Below are positions 46,975 through 60,504 of a stretch of 64,000 bases of DNA, one piece after another. How positions within the stretch are numbered: position 1 is the first letter of the stretch; the number at the start of each line of letters is the position of its first letter. Source of the stretch: Mustelus asterias (taxonomy: Eukaryota); contig NW_027590159.1 in assembly GCF_964213995.1 (NCBI RefSeq), positions 248,001 to 312,000 on the forward strand, in the 5' to 3' direction. The translations under genes and the position numbers were made by a program. The notes beneath the pieces are model-generated. The model had not been told where the DNA came from, made no database searches, and worked only from the letters and a program-made list of their open reading frames with translations.

Positions 46975-48150
46975 TACGACTAGATAACAAAGACACCTAT
47001 GTCAGACCCCTATTTATTGGGTACAGCTCAGCCTTCAACACCATTATTTCTACGAAACTAATCTCTAAACTCCGACGCTGGGCCTCGGCTCCTCCCTCTG
47101 CAACTGGATCCTGAACTTCCTAACCGACAGACCACAGTCAGTAAGGATAGGCAGCAAGAGCTCCTCCACGATAGTCCATAACACTGGTGCCCCACAACGC
47201 TGTGTTCTCATCCCCCTACTATACGCCTTCTAGACCTATGACTGTGTGGCCAAATTCCCCTCCAACTCGATTTTCAAGTTTGCTGACGACACCACTGTAA
47301 TGAGTCGGATCTCAAACAATAACGAAATGGAGTGCAGTGATGCGATGGATAATCTGGTGAACTGGTGCGGTGACAATAATCTCTCCCTCAACGTCAACAA
47401 AACGAAAGCGACTGCCACCGACTTCAGGAAGCGTAACGGAGAACATGCCCCTGCCACACCAACGGGGACGAAGTCGAAATGGTCGAGTGCTCCACGTTTT
47501 TAGATGTCCAGATCACCAACACCTGTCCTGGTCCCCCCATGCCGACGTAATAGTTAAGAAAGCCCAGCAACGCCTCTCCATTCTCAGAAGACTAAGAGAA
47601 CTTGGCATGTCAGTTACGAATCTAACCAACTTTTACAGATGCACCGTTAAATGCATTTTTTCTGGCTGTATCACAGCTTGGTATGGCTCCTGCTCTGCCG
47701 AAGGGCGCAAGAAAGTACAGAAGTTCGTGAATGTAGCCCAATCCATCACGTAAACCAGCCTCCCATCCATTGACTCTGTCTACTTTTCCCGCTGCCTCGG
47801 CAAAGCAGCCGGCATAATTAAGGACCCCACACACCCTGGACATTCTCTCTTCCACCTTCTTCCGTCGGGAAAAAAGATACAAAAGTCTGAGGTCACGTCC
47901 CAACCGACTCAATAACAGCCTCTTTTCTGCTGCCTTAAAACTTCTAAATGGACCGACCTCGCACGAAGTTAATCTTTCTTTACTACCTAGCTATGACTGT
48001 AACACTACGTTCTTCACTCTCTCTCTCGCTTCCTTCTCTATGAATGTTATGCTTTGTCTGTAAAACGCGCAAGAAACAATATGTTTCACTTTACGCTAAT
48101 ACATGTGACAAAAGTAAATCAAATCAAAATGCAATGAAATCAAATCAAAC
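46975..48150 (+). mobile_element. Truncated, degenerate Rex1/Babar-like LINE
   Basis: IFKFADDTTV, LSLNVNKTK, KKAQQRLSILRRLR; (aaatc)n tail; same family as 11954-12705. Confidence 0.88.
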
Positions 48151-48384
48151 TTGTCATAGCTGGAGGGAATGATATGGAAATTGACAGCATTCATAGTGAA
48201 CCAAGGGACGACAATTCGAAACTTTGTGCAGCCATTGTAACTACACTGAACTAGATTAATTTAATCTGAATTGACAGGATCTGAACCGGGTATACCATTT
48301 CTAAATCTACCTGCAGAAAACTAGACATGTTTACGCTGAGTGTTACTGTGTGGAACAATACCTGTCATATTCAACTATGCATAC

Positions 48385-48710
48385 ACGTGGTCAGAGTTGT
48401 GAGCACTGCAGTCTCACAGCGCCACGGACCTGGGTTCAATTCCGCCTCGGACTACTTGCTGTCTCTGTGAAGTTTGCATGTTCTCCTTGTGTCAGCATGG
48501 GTTTGCTCCGCGTGCTCCGGTTTCCTCCCACAGTTCAATGATGTGCAGGTTGGATTGATTGGCAATACTAAATTGCCCCTTAGTGTGAGGGGAACTAACT
48601 AGTGTAATTACGGGGGATTATGGGGATGGGACTGGATAGGATTTTTATCAGTCAGAATTGACGGGACGAATGGCTTCCTTCTGCGAGATAGAGATTCTAT
48701 AATTCTATGA
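48385..48710 (+). mobile_element. HE1-type SINE (diverged)
   Basis: ctcacagcgccacggacctgggttcaattcc...gtttcctcccacagt...attctataattctatga. Confidence 0.82.
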
Positions 48711-50351
48711 ATACACAGGGAATACAATAGCAAAGTTTGGGGCATCCCCATAATGATTGGAAGGTAGAAAGCCTGTGAATCATTAATTTAACAGTGCATA
48801 CATGTATTTGTCTACAATAAATACGCCGCCAAATACATTAAAGTAGGTGTGCGATCAAAGAGTGATCTGGAACCAGGTTGCACCTCATCAGTGAACACAG
48901 TGATTGAATAATGGTCATGAGGGAGAATGTGATTGCATTTCCGGAGAATATTTAATTTCGAAGAGCGGTCTGAATCGGGCAGCAGTGCTTTAGATTGACG
49001 CCAATATCGAGGCAGTTACAGTTTTATAAATACATTTACTTGGTGTAATGCAGTCATTCTAAGGTATTACAATTTAAAACAATTTAAATATTACATTGCG
49101 TGGTTTCTATTTTTTGCAATTGACACAAATAATGTCAGAAAAATCAAAGCAACTAATTGTTTCCCTGGATCTTCACATGATGTATAAATCTTACCATACT
49201 CCAGTGTAATGCAGAAAGCACCCAGAGTTTATGATCGAAATGCACTTAGCACCAAAAGGTTTGCTTTTTGCCATTTACTATCCCGTCCTTGCACCTATCG
49301 GGATTCCAGATGAAATCTGTTAGTTCCCTTTATTTCATTACTGCCCCTATCGGAATGAAACGCATCCTATCAATAGGAATATTCTTTCTACGAAAGAATT
49401 GATGATTTGCTCATTCAACTATACGAATTCTAATGATTTACTGATGTAATTTCTACTTTTTTAGAGTATCATATTTTTTTCTTCACTTTGACTACATTCA
49501 TTCTTCATATTAACAGAAATGTGTTCCACTTGTTGGCATTAGTTCCCTCCAACAGTGGCATTTTGCATTTTTACCAGCATTATTTTTTGTAATATCTTCC
49601 CTTTGTTATAACCTGTAAAAATTTGTTGAATTGATTGTTTGTTTATTCCCATTTACCTCTACACTCCCACACTATAAAGTGCACTCTATTGTGTTCTTGG
49701 CAGTTCTGCCGTGGAAGTATTCTTGTTAGGTTGCGAGTTGCAAAATGTGTCCATTTGGCCGCACTACAGTTCGTGTTGATGAATTCTCACTTGGATATCA
49801 CAGCATCGGTACAATTCTGTTTTTTTAGCTGGCGCTATGTTTGTGGGTGCATTCCCACATTTCCCTCACTGTTAACTTATTGATATTGTGTATTGCTGAC
49901 ATTGACAGTGACTGAGTAAGTTGCATAAATGATTCAAAGTTTGCGGGACTGGACTTTTGATCAATTTATGATGGAAAATAAAGAAATATTTCATTGAACA
50001 GTCATTATGAGGCTCCGAGTTGTTATTAGTTGTGTAATGCACGTAGAAGTACCCCTTGGTGAATTATTGGCAATTGCCTGAAGTGTCAAAGCAGTGTGTT
50101 TTTGGCCGTGTCCCGAATGGACAGTGAAGCAAATCGTCCCGCCTCTTTATTTTTATCTGTTGTGGATGGTACTACATTGAATGCAGCTGTATTCTTACTG
50201 CTCATATCATCTGTCATTATCGAGCAATATTCCCGAATTTAAGATTGTTTTAGATATTGACTGCGGCCGGGTAACTGGTGACAGATATCGCATCGAAGAG
50301 ACAAAGTTTGAATTCAAACATCCACTGCAGGTCAAAGTAGATCATTTTCAC

Positions 50352-50692
50352 AGAATCATAGAAACCCTACAGTGGAGAAAGGGGCCATTCGGCCCATCGA
50401 GTCTGCACCGACCACAACCCCACCCAGGCCCAACCCCCATATCCCTACGTATTTTACCCACTAATCCCTCAAACCTACGCTTCTCAGGACACTAAGGGGC
50501 AATTTTAGCATGGCCAATCAACCTAACCCGCACATCTTTGGACTGTGGGAGGAAACCAGAGCACCCGGAGGAAACCCACGCAGACACGAGGAGAATGTGC
50601 AAACTTCACACAGACAGTGACCCAAGCCGGGAATCGAACCCAGGTCCTTGAAGCTGTGAAGCAGCGGTGCTAACCACTATGCTACCGTGCCG
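50352..50692 (-). mobile_element. Full-length HE1-type SINE in the GPCR intron
   Basis: Complete reverse-complement HE1 from gaatcatagaaacc to gctaccgtgccg. Confidence 0.92.
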
Positions 50693-51409
50693 CTCTGCTG
50701 ACGCATTCTGTTGAACCCTGAGGAAATGTTGCACTGTAGGCGGGCCATTCTCCAGTTGTGATGTCATCGTCTGGCTCAAATTGGCACAGAAGATCCCAGA
50801 CAATTATCAGGTAAAGAAATTGGATTTTCCACTGTGTCCTATTCAAAAGAACCTCTGCAAAATCGGAGAAACGCTCATCGTCCATTCGCGACTCTTGAAG
50901 ATGCTTATGATCAAGTTGTTTTCATGTATTTGCCACAATCATTTTACAGTAATTGATTCAATATGGCCACTTTCAGACCCTGGCAAGATGGAACGAGCTT
51001 CCTGGTTAGATTTCACACTTGTGTTGTTTGTGCTTTCGTTACCGAATGAAATGGCTTCCATGATTGCCTGATGACGTGTTGTTGTTACTTCTCATCTATT
51101 TCGGAGCGTGTTGTAATCTGATTTCAATGCTGTCCGCTATCGGTTCGATTGATTTGCGCCATTTTAAAATGAAATGAAGCTGATTGAAATCACTTTGAAT
51201 TCGGATGCTTACATTCATCAACAGTAAACCATCCATCTTTCTCTTTTACCTTTTTTACAGCTAAGTTTGAAGTGATTGTGATCCTGTCTGAAAAAACATG
51301 TGACCTCTCCGAATGTATTAGGTGTTCCGTAGTGTCGATGGCAATTACGGATCTCCTGGTCATTATCACTACCATGATCTTAAACAAGATTGTTGGTGTT
51401 TATTTCTCA

Positions 51410-52525
51410 TGATGTGGAGATGCCGGCGTTGGACTGGGGTGAGCACAGTAAGAGTGTTCACAACACCAGGTTAAAGTCCAACAGGTTTATTTGGTAGCAC
51501 AAGCCACAAGCTTTCAGAGTGCTGCTCCTTCATCGGATGAGTGGGAATTCTGTTCACAAACAGGGCATATAAAGACACAGACTACATTTACAAAATAATG
51601 GTTGAAATGCGAGTCTTTACAGGTAATCAAGTCTTAAAGTTACAGAAAATGTGAGTGGAGAGATGGTTAAGCACAGGTTAAAGAGATGTATATTGTCTCC
51701 AGCTAGGACAGTTAGTGAGATTTTGCAAGCCCAGGCAAGTCGTGGGGGTTACAGATAGTGTGACATGAACCCAAGATCCCGGTTGAGGCCGTCCTCATGT
51801 GTGCGGAACCTGGCTATCAGTTTCTGCTCAGCGAATCTGCGTTGTCGTGTCTCGTGAAGGCTGCCTTGGAGAACGCTTACCCGAAGATCAGTGGCTGAAT
51901 GCCCGTAACTGTTGAAGTGTTCCCCAACAGGAAGAGAACACTCTTGCCTGGTGATTGTCGAGCGGTGGTCATTCATCCGTTCTCGTAGCGTCTGCATGGT
52001 CTCCCCAATTTACCATGCCTCGGGACATCTTTTCCTGCAGCGTATCAGGGAGACAACATTGGCCGAGTTGCAAGAGTATGTACCGTGTAAATGGTGGATG
52101 GTGTTCTCACGTGAGATGATGGCATCCATGTCGATGATCCGGCACGTCTTGCAGAGGTTGCTGTGGCAGAGTTGTGTGGTGTCGTGATCACTGCTCTCCC
52201 GAAGGTTGGGTAGTTTGCTGCGGACAATGGTCTGTTTGAGGTTGTGCGGTTGTTTGAAGGCAAGAAGTGGGGGTGTGGGGAATGCCTTGGCGAGATGTTC
52301 GTCTTCATCGATGGCATATTGAAGGCTCCGGAGAAGATTTCGTAGCTTATCAGGTGAGTGGGAGTTCTGTTCATAAACAGGGCATATAAAGACACAAAAA
52401 GAACAGAACAGTTTGTGAACAGAACTCCCACTCACCGGATGAAGGAGCAGCGCTCTGAAAGCTTGTGGCTTGTGCGACCAAATGAACCTGTTGGACTTTA
52501 ACCTGGTGTTGTGAGACTTCTTACT
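51410..52525 (-). mobile_element. 5'-truncated Penelope-like element with an inverted terminal segment, inserted in GPCR exon 2
   Basis: TSD gtgtttatttc(t/c)ca (51396-51409, 52526-52539); GIY-YIG region NVVSLIRCRKRCPEAW*IGET; ~52407-52525 is an inverted copy of the left terminus. Confidence 0.92.
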
Positions 52526-53976
52526 GTGTTTATTTCCCAGGAGGTTTTCTTTCCATAACACCAACATGCAATCTCCACTCTGTGCTCAGCTACTCAGCAA
52601 TAGACAGTTCTACATGGTTAACGGTCACTTTCACTTTTGATCGATTTGTAGCTATTCCCTCTTAGACGATGAAAATAAAATACCGTAAGGAGGAAACAGC
52701 CGCCTGGGTGATAGGAGTAATCTCTGCTCTGAGCTTTGTAAAAAAATAGCTTATTATATTTTGCATTTGACCCTCTGAACGTAATTAATAACATGCCGTG
52801 GTTTTGTGCGGTTGAATCGATATTCAATCCATCAGCTGCATGGGCCGCATATGAGTAGATTTGTTCTATTTTAATGCTCTGCACCCCATTCATTATGATT
52901 TCACTGCTCAATGCTCTGACCATCAGGCACATTCTAGCGGCCAACAAAACTCGCAGGAGACTCCTGACCCTGAGAAATGGAGAGAATAAGAGTAATGCAC
53001 AGATGGAGAAGCGGAGAAGGTCCATGGTTTTGCTCTTTGCATCTCAGGCAACTTCATCTTGTTATATTCATTATTGTTCACAACGACCCTCTATATCCAA
53101 ATTGCAAAATTCCCTGATATCAGGGAACCATCATTTGTCTTGGAATGAAGCGGACAGATGGTTCAGTTGTTGAGTTCCTGTACCAAACCATTTATTTACG
53201 CTGGGGTGCAGACTAAATTCAGAACAGAGTTTTTTAAAAATCGTGAAATTTCCACTATGTCAACTTGATAAATTAGTTAAGGTTTGTGGAGAGGAAAATG
53301 ATACCTGAATTCCGCATTATGCTCCAATAATTTTGTAACTTGTCCATGGCGATCACGGCCGCCCTCCCAAGGTTCAGTCACGTTGAATCATTCACCAAAT
53401 ATGTGAATATAGTGATATGGGAGAGTTTCCCGATTCAATCTGCATTTTCACCCAAAAAAAACAGCTTTCCAGTTCTCTTGTTGGTAGAGTCTCGGTGACT
53501 TTGTTCCTATCAACTTCGAGGGCATTTGCAGTTGGAATCAGAACGTGATGTCTCCTGTCGTTACCGGCCCATTGCCGGTATCCTCGATGTAACGGCAGGA
53601 AAAACAGCCCGGTGAGCACAGTACAATACAGCCGAACGCGTATTGAGCCAACGCCTTTCTTGGTGGATGACTGGGGGTTGGGGGGGGGGGGTGCGAGGAG
53701 TAGAGACACTCAGCTTCAATATGATGACAAAAATCTGGTGTGTGCTCGGTGGTGTCAGATGCTGCAGCTGTTGTGGGTATGTGAACATCTGGAAAATATT
53801 TGACAGGCTATGCACTCTGCATGAAGTGTTATTCATCCTTCATGCGATTTTAGAGTAGCTGGGAAGGCCAATACTCTTTGTCTCTCCACAATGTCTTCAC
53901 AACAAACGTCCTAAGTGGACTCACCGTCCATTCTTCCTCACTGAATGAACGGTATTGCTATATAATTGCACTTTAG

Positions 53977-54792
53977 AACATAGAACATAGAAAAGCTACA
54001 GCACAAACAGGTCCTTCGGCCCACAAGTTGCGCCGAACATGTCCCTACCTACTAGGCTTACCTATAACCCTCTATCTTACTAACGTCCATGAACTTATCC
54101 AAAAGTACCTGAAAAGACCCTACCGAATCTGCCTCCACCACCACTACTGGCAGCCGATTCCACGCACCCACCACCCTCTGAGTGAAAAACTTACCCCTAA
54201 CTTCTCCTCTGTACCTACTCCCCTGCACCCTAAACCTGTGACCTCTTGTGGTAACCATTTCAGCCCTGGGTAAAAGCCTCTGAGAATCCACTCTATCAAA
54301 ACCTCTCAACATCTTATACACCTCTATCAGGTCACCTCTCATCCTTCGCCTCTCCAAGGAGAAAAGTCCTAGCTCTCTCAACCTATCCTCATAAGGCATG
54401 CCACCTAATCCAGGCAACATCCTTGTAAATCTCCTCTGCACCCTTTCTGTGGCTTCCACATCCTTTCTGTCATGAGGAGACCAGAACTGGGCACAGAACT
54501 CCAGGTGGAGTCTGACTAGGGTCCTATATAGCTGCAGCATTATCTCCCGATTTCTAAACTCAATTCCTCTATTGATGAAGGCCACTATTCCATACGCCTT
54601 CTTAACCACAGCCTCTACCTGCGACGCTGCTTTGAGCGTCCTATGAACCCGGACCCCAAGATCCTTCTGATCTTCCACACTGCCAAGCGTCTTACCCTTA
54701 ATATTATATTCTTTCATCCTATTCGACCTGCCAAAATGAACCACCACACACTTATCTGGGTTCAAGTCCATCTGCCACTTCTCCGCCCAGTC
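53977..54792 (-). mobile_element. 5'-truncated CR1 LINE, related to 30201-34175
   Basis: ORF 54058-54771 NPDKCVVVHFGRSN...IEGYR; (agaacat)n tail. Confidence 0.95.
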
Positions 54793-56315
54793 TTAGAGGT
54801 TTTAATTGAAGTAGCTCAGGCTCTTTATGATTTGATTATTGGAAGAAATCAATTTCATTCTAAAATTAAGTGGCTTTGACACGAATGTTGCCATAAAATA
54901 AAGGGAAAAGCCGATGTGGGAAGATTTATTGCCCCTTTGATATTGAGATTGCTCAGGGATATCTTTATTTGACGCTATTCCGTGCATGCTTTCCGTGAAT
55001 CGAGCAGAATCCGTCTACAAATCCATGCTGAGTAACCTGTGTTCTCGAGATTCGCAAGAACTGGTCAACTGTGTTAAATGACAATTGCTCTCTACTTTTC
55101 ATGTTTTATGCTAGTGGCTCTTCACATCTATATGTGAAATAAATGCACCAGCAAACTCATGCAACGCAATGAGAAATCGTTTCAATCCTCATTTTATCAA
55201 ATAAATGATGGTGGACAAGTGCAGTCAGTAGGCATATGATCTTGATATTATTATTCTTACAGGGCATGCAACTTGAAATGACCCTTTCTGCGTGTTCGAA
55301 TTCCAAAATAATACGGTAAAAAGCAGAGCGGATGAATGTTTTCTCTCCATTACTAATTGGTAGCTGCTTTCATCTCTTGGTCACCTAAACGGCTCTGTAC
55401 GTTTGACAAGTAAATATTAACAAGAACTGATTCAGGAAATGAATCGGGCTACCATGAGAGTCAAGAGACTCTTCTACTACCTCGTCTGCTGTTAGTTCTC
55501 CACGCAACATCTTGAGAAATATACAATTTCACCCTGTTTGGCAAAGTTTCTCCAAAACAAGCCAAATAAGCGACATTGTTATTTTCAGCGTGTCCGATTC
55601 TTTCAATTCTAACCTATACGAAATCTGCACGGATAGATTCATATGTGTCGGCCTGTGTGTGTGTTGTGGGAGTTCTGCAGCTATTCGACTGTATTGTATA
55701 TCACTCATTGCAACTGACCATGTGAGTTCCGGGTCATAAACTTTATTCCAGCTGTAGCAAGTTAGTCTGCCAACCACTGGGGATCGCAGGCATCCCGAAA
55801 GAAGAACACAATGCCACACAATGCCACAATGCACGTCAGCTGAACTCCAAGAAATTACATTCGACCAACTATACATTTCTTTAAAAATTATTTGTGTCCA
55901 TTTCATCTAACAGTTGGGATTACATAATATGTGACATGTGAGTATAGTTGTCCAATTGCAATTTAAGCACATTTACTTATTCTAATATCAAGCATGCATT
56001 CCATTCTATTTATCCACTAATGTCAGGACGTAAGTATCATAAGTACCAATGGTTTATCGACTCCCTTACCCATTGTTCCTTGTTTTCTGCGAATGTACAC
56101 AAGTTTCAGCTGCACAGTGTTCAGTTTGAGTCTTGTGTGCATATTATATCAATAAATCCTTCCTATAATTAAAACAGCCATTGCCCTTGAATATTATTTG
56201 AATATGAGAAACATTTCTTTTTTTCATCAGGAATCTATCTGTCTTTGAAATTTTAGCAGCTAGCAGCTTCTTATAATAAAAACCTGTTTGGTTTTGAACT
56301 GTTTCAGTGCGTATA

Positions 56316-57793
56316 AAGAACAAAGAACAAATAACAGTACAGCACAGGAAACAGGCCCTTCGGCCCTCCAAGCCTGTGCCGCTCCTTGGTCCAACTAGAA
56401 CAATCGTTTGTATCCCTCCATTCCCAGGCTGCTCATGTGACTATCCAGGTAAGTCTTAAACGGTGTCAGCGTGCCTGCCTCCACCACCCTACTTGGCAGC
56501 GCATTCCAGGCCCCCACCACCCTCTGTGTAAAAAACGTCCCTCTGATATCCGAGTTATACTTCGCCCCTCTCACCTTGAGCCCGTGACCCCTCGTGATCG
56601 TCACCTCCGACCTGGGAAAAAGCTTCCCACTGTTCACCCTATCTATACCCTTCATAATCTTGTACACCTCTATTAGATCTCCCCTCATTCTCCGTCTTTC
56701 CAAGGAGAACAACCCCAGTCTACCCAATCTCTCCTCATAGCTAAGACCCTCCATACCAGGCAACATCCTGGTAAACCTTCTCTGCACTCTCTCTAACGCC
56801 TCCACGTCCTTCTGGTAGTGCGGCGACCAGAACTGGACGCAGTACTCCAAATGTGGCCTAACCAGCGTTCTATACAGCTGCATCATCAGACTCCAGCTTT
56901 TATACTCTATACCCCGTCCTATAAAGGCAAGCATACCATATGCCTTCTTCACCACCTTCTCCACCTGTGTTGCCACCTTCAAGGATTTGTGGACTTGCAC
57001 ACCTAGGTCCCTCTGTGTTTCTATACTCCTGATGACTCTGCCATTTATTGTATAACTCCTCCCTACATTATGTCTTCCAAAATGCATCACTTCGCATTTA
57101 TCCGGATTAAACTCCATCTGCCACCTCTCTGCCCAATTTTCCAGCCTATCTATATCCTGCTGTATTGCCCGACAATGCTCTTCGCTATCCGCAAGTCCAG
57201 CCATCTTCGTGTCATCCGCAAACTTGCGGATTACACCAGTTACACCTTCTTCCAAATCATTTATATATATCACAAATAGCAGAGGTCCCAGTACAGAGCC
57301 CTGCAGAACACCACTGGTCACAGACCTCCAGCCGGAAAAAGACCCTTCGACCACTACCCTCTGTCTCCTATGGACAAGCCAGTTCTCCACCCATCTAGCC
57401 ACTTCTCCTTGTATCCCATGAGCCTTAACCTTCTTAACCAACCTGCCATGTGGGACTTTGTCAAATGCCTTACTGAAATCCATATAGACGACATCCACAG
57501 CCCTTCCTTCATCAACCGTTTTTGTCACTTCCTCAAAAAACTCCACCAAATTTGTAAGGCACGACCTCCCTCTTACAAAATCATGCTGCCTGTCACTAAT
57601 GAGATGGTTCCGTTCTAAATGCACATCCATCCTGTCTCTCAGTTTCCTCTCCAACAACTTCCCTACCACGGACGTCAAGCTCACCGGCCTATAATTTCCT
57701 GGGTTATCCCTGCTACCCTTCTTAAACAACGGGACCACATTCGCTATCCTCCAATCCTCAGGGACCTCATCCGTGTCCAAAGAAGCGACAAAG
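56316..57793 (-). mobile_element. Young 5'-truncated CR1 LINE with open RT region
   Basis: ORF 56395-57780 is nearly identical to ORF 12925-14346. Confidence 0.97.
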
Positions 57794-58020
57794 TGTGTAT
57801 TTGTGGCTGTGTGCCTGTGTGTTTATCTTTATGTGCCTGTGTGTGCGTTTGTCTATGTGGGTTTGTCTGTGCGTTTCTGTGCGTGTTTGGCTGTGTGATG
57901 CTCTGTGTGTTTTTCTGCGTGCTTGCCTGTGTACTTGTCTATGTGTGTGCCCCTGTGTGTACTTGTGTTTCTGACTCACATGTTCGACATTTATCAGACT
58001 GGATTTCTGTTTCTGTCTGA
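57794..58020. repeat. Degenerate (TG)-rich simple sequence
   Basis: Imperfect gtgtgt/ctgtgt runs; these account for the Cys/Val-rich spurious ORF 57619-58020. Confidence 0.8.
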
Positions 58021-58326
58021 CCGATGGCCTATAGGTGAGAGCGAAATGGGACACTAAACGTGCTGGATTCAAGACTTCAAATAAGCAAATACACTTTAAA
58101 TATACACGAAAAAATATCAGGACGTTTGGGCTGGATTTCTGACGGGATTGAGAAAAGAAATAATAGCTGAATAATTGAAAATTGAGAGAAATCTTTTGAA
58201 CCTTTATTCACATTGTCTCCGTGCCGTATTAAAAAAGAAGAGATAAACGAAGTAGTCCCATTTTGCAGCTCTTGATCTACAATTCTACAGGATACAAAGA
58301 TACAGATAAAACAACTGATTTGGATT

Positions 58327-58511
58327 NNNNNNNNNNNNNNNNNNNNNNNNNNNNNNNNNNNNNNNNNNNNNNNNNNNNNNNNNNNNNNNNNNNNNNNNNN
58401 NNNNNNNNNNNNNNNNNNNNNNNNNNNNNNNNNNNNNNNNNNNNNNNNNNNNNNNNNNNNNNNNNNNNNNNNNNNNNNNNNNNNNNNNNNNNNNNNNNNN
58501 NNNNNNNNNNN
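58327..58511. other. Assembly gap (185 N)
   Basis: Run of N characters. Confidence 1.
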
Positions 58512-58902
58512 TCATTTCCCTGCCAGTTATAAACGTCAACAAAATTTCACACATATTTACCAGAAAAGTTACAGTGTTGAGTGTATTGAAACACGTGGAC
58601 AGTACCCTAATGCACAGTCAAAACAGAGGCTGAATTTTACTTCAATTGTTGCTGGAACTGTGAACATCCAGAATGGAGAGGCTTGTTATAGTGAATCTGT
58701 TCCAAAGGTGAAATATGTTGCTGTTTTACAAACTCAATCTCACACAGACACTGATACTCACACAGCCACAAACACCACCCCCCTAAAAACCCAGACTCTA
58801 ATTCACATACTGTCATATACTTTCTTCCCCCTCTATAGTCATCTCTCTCCCTCTCTCCCGCTCTCTCTCTCTCTTTCTCATACACACACACACAGATATA
58901 TA

Positions 58903-59245
58903 TCATAGAAATCATAGAAACCCTACAGTGCAGAAGGAGGCCATTCGGCCCATCGAGTCTGCACCGACCACTATCCCACCCAGGCCCTATCCCCACATAT
59001 TTTACCTGCTAATCCCTCTAACCTACACATCCCAGGACTCTAAGGGGCAATTTTTTAACCTGGCCAATCAACCTAACCCGCACATCTTTGGACTGTGGGA
59101 GGAAACCGGAGCACCCGGAGGAAACCCACGCAGACACGAGGAGAATGTGCAAACTCCACACAGACAGTGATCCGAGCCGGGAATCGAACCCAGGACCCTG
59201 GAGCTGTGAAGCAGCAGTGCTAACCACTGTGCTACCGTGCCGCCC
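58903..59245 (-). mobile_element. Full-length young HE1-type SINE
   Basis: Near-consensus reverse-complement HE1 ending gctaccgtgccgccc. Confidence 0.93.
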
Positions 59246-59247
59246 AA

Positions 59248-59337
59248 GCACAAGCACAGTTATGAACACAGACACGCACTGACGCAGTGAACTGCACAAG
59301 CACAGTTATGAACACAGACACGCACTGACGCAGTGAA
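59248..59337. repeat. Two-copy tandem duplication, period 46 bp
   Basis: gcacaagcacagttatgaacacagacacgcactgacgcagtgaa at 59248 and 59294. Confidence 0.9.
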
Positions 59338-60059
59338 GAACAGACAAAGAGAGAAACAGAATCTTTCACAAACAAGCACACACTGAGACAAAAACCATCA
59401 CAGCCAAACACAAAAAGAGGAAGAGAGCAGAAATTTCAGGAAGTGATCCCAAATCTTGGTAAAATACACTATCTGTTCAAGCTCGTGCATCGTGTTAATT
59501 GCTGGACACCACACTTTCGGGAGCACACGAACAATTTATTTAATGCACAGAGATTTATTATGTTCCCCAGGAGAAGATTCAAACCGTTTCTCAGAGGGAC
59601 TGGTGAAACTTGGGATATTTACCTCTGAACAGAGGTTCAATTAATCAGTTTAAAATCATGACATGTAAATCAAGTTCTAAAATCTCCAAGAAATGGCGGC
59701 AGCTGTTCTTTATCAATCCTCTCCATTTCCTTTAAATATGGATTGAAACTATGGATGATATGATTCCTTCACCTAAACCCCAGGATTCAGTGTAAAGCTT
59801 CACATAAACTGCTAATCAAATACTACAAAGCTTGATTGGAGTGGATTCATTCACAGGTTAAAATTCCCTGTGTTCCATCCCAGTGTCGTTTGAGATTCTG
59901 AATATGGGGATCAAATTCAAATTTCACAGCTTCCCAGTGTAGGATTTTGAATCTGATCGTTGTCCCTCACTTGTTTCTTGTTCTTTGGCAGTCCCTCACT
60001 GTCGTCAATGACTTCCTTCCATTCGGGGAGGTGCTCCGTTTTGTTTTAATAATCCAATG

Positions 60060-60504
60060 CTGGAGATGCAGACTCTGAATAGACCGGGACTTTTTTCTCT
60101 GGAGCGTAGGAGGTTGTGTAGTGATCTTATAGAGGTCTATAAAATAATTAGGGACACAGATCAGCGAGATAGTCAATATCTTTTCCGAAATGTAGGAGAG
60201 TCTAAAACTAGAGGGCATAGGCTTAAGGTGAGAAGGGAGAGATAGAAAAGTATCCAGAGCGGCAATGTTTTCACACAGAGGGTGGTGAGTGTCTGGAACA
60301 AGCTGCCAGAGGGAGTAGTAGAGGCGGGTACAATTTTGTCTTTTAAAAAGCATTTAGATAGTTACATGGGTACGATGGGTATAGAGGGATATGGGCCAAA
60401 AGCGGGCAATTGGGATTAGCTTAGGTCTTTTACAAAAAAGGGCAGCATGGACAAGTTGGGACGAAGGGCCTGTTTCCATGCTGTAAACCTCTATGACTCT
60501 GTGA
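60060..60504 (+). mobile_element. CR1 3' fragment
   Basis: GLFSLERRRL.DLIEVYKI; tail gctgtaaacctctatgactc. Confidence 0.9.

Larger units (their letters stand above)
49231..53308 (+). pseudogene. Two-exon GPR139-like class A GPCR pseudogene
   Basis: Exon 1 (49231-49309) reads (MIE)MHLAPKGLLFAIYYPVLAPIGIP and its donor reads AT, not GT. Exon 2 from 51261 reads VIVILSEKTCDLSECI...MAITDLLVII; after the TE it reads DSSTWLTVTFTFDRFVAI, LLNALTIRHIL, MEKRRRSMVLLF, LLSSCTKPFIYAGVQTKFR. It has in-frame stops and frameshifts. Confidence 0.88.

Noticed and set aside
52618-53025. 135-aa minus-strand ORF with a signal-peptide-like start
   Set aside because: It is the antisense shadow of the GPCR pseudogene exon.
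53628-53650. Possible tRNA-Asn relics (acagccgaacgcg here; caacctttc near 37984)
   Set aside because: The matches are too short to distinguish from chance.
55529-55906. 125-aa ORF and other 60-130-aa ORFs in unique DNA (e.g. 63392-63700)
   Set aside because: No recognisable motifs or convincing splice context.
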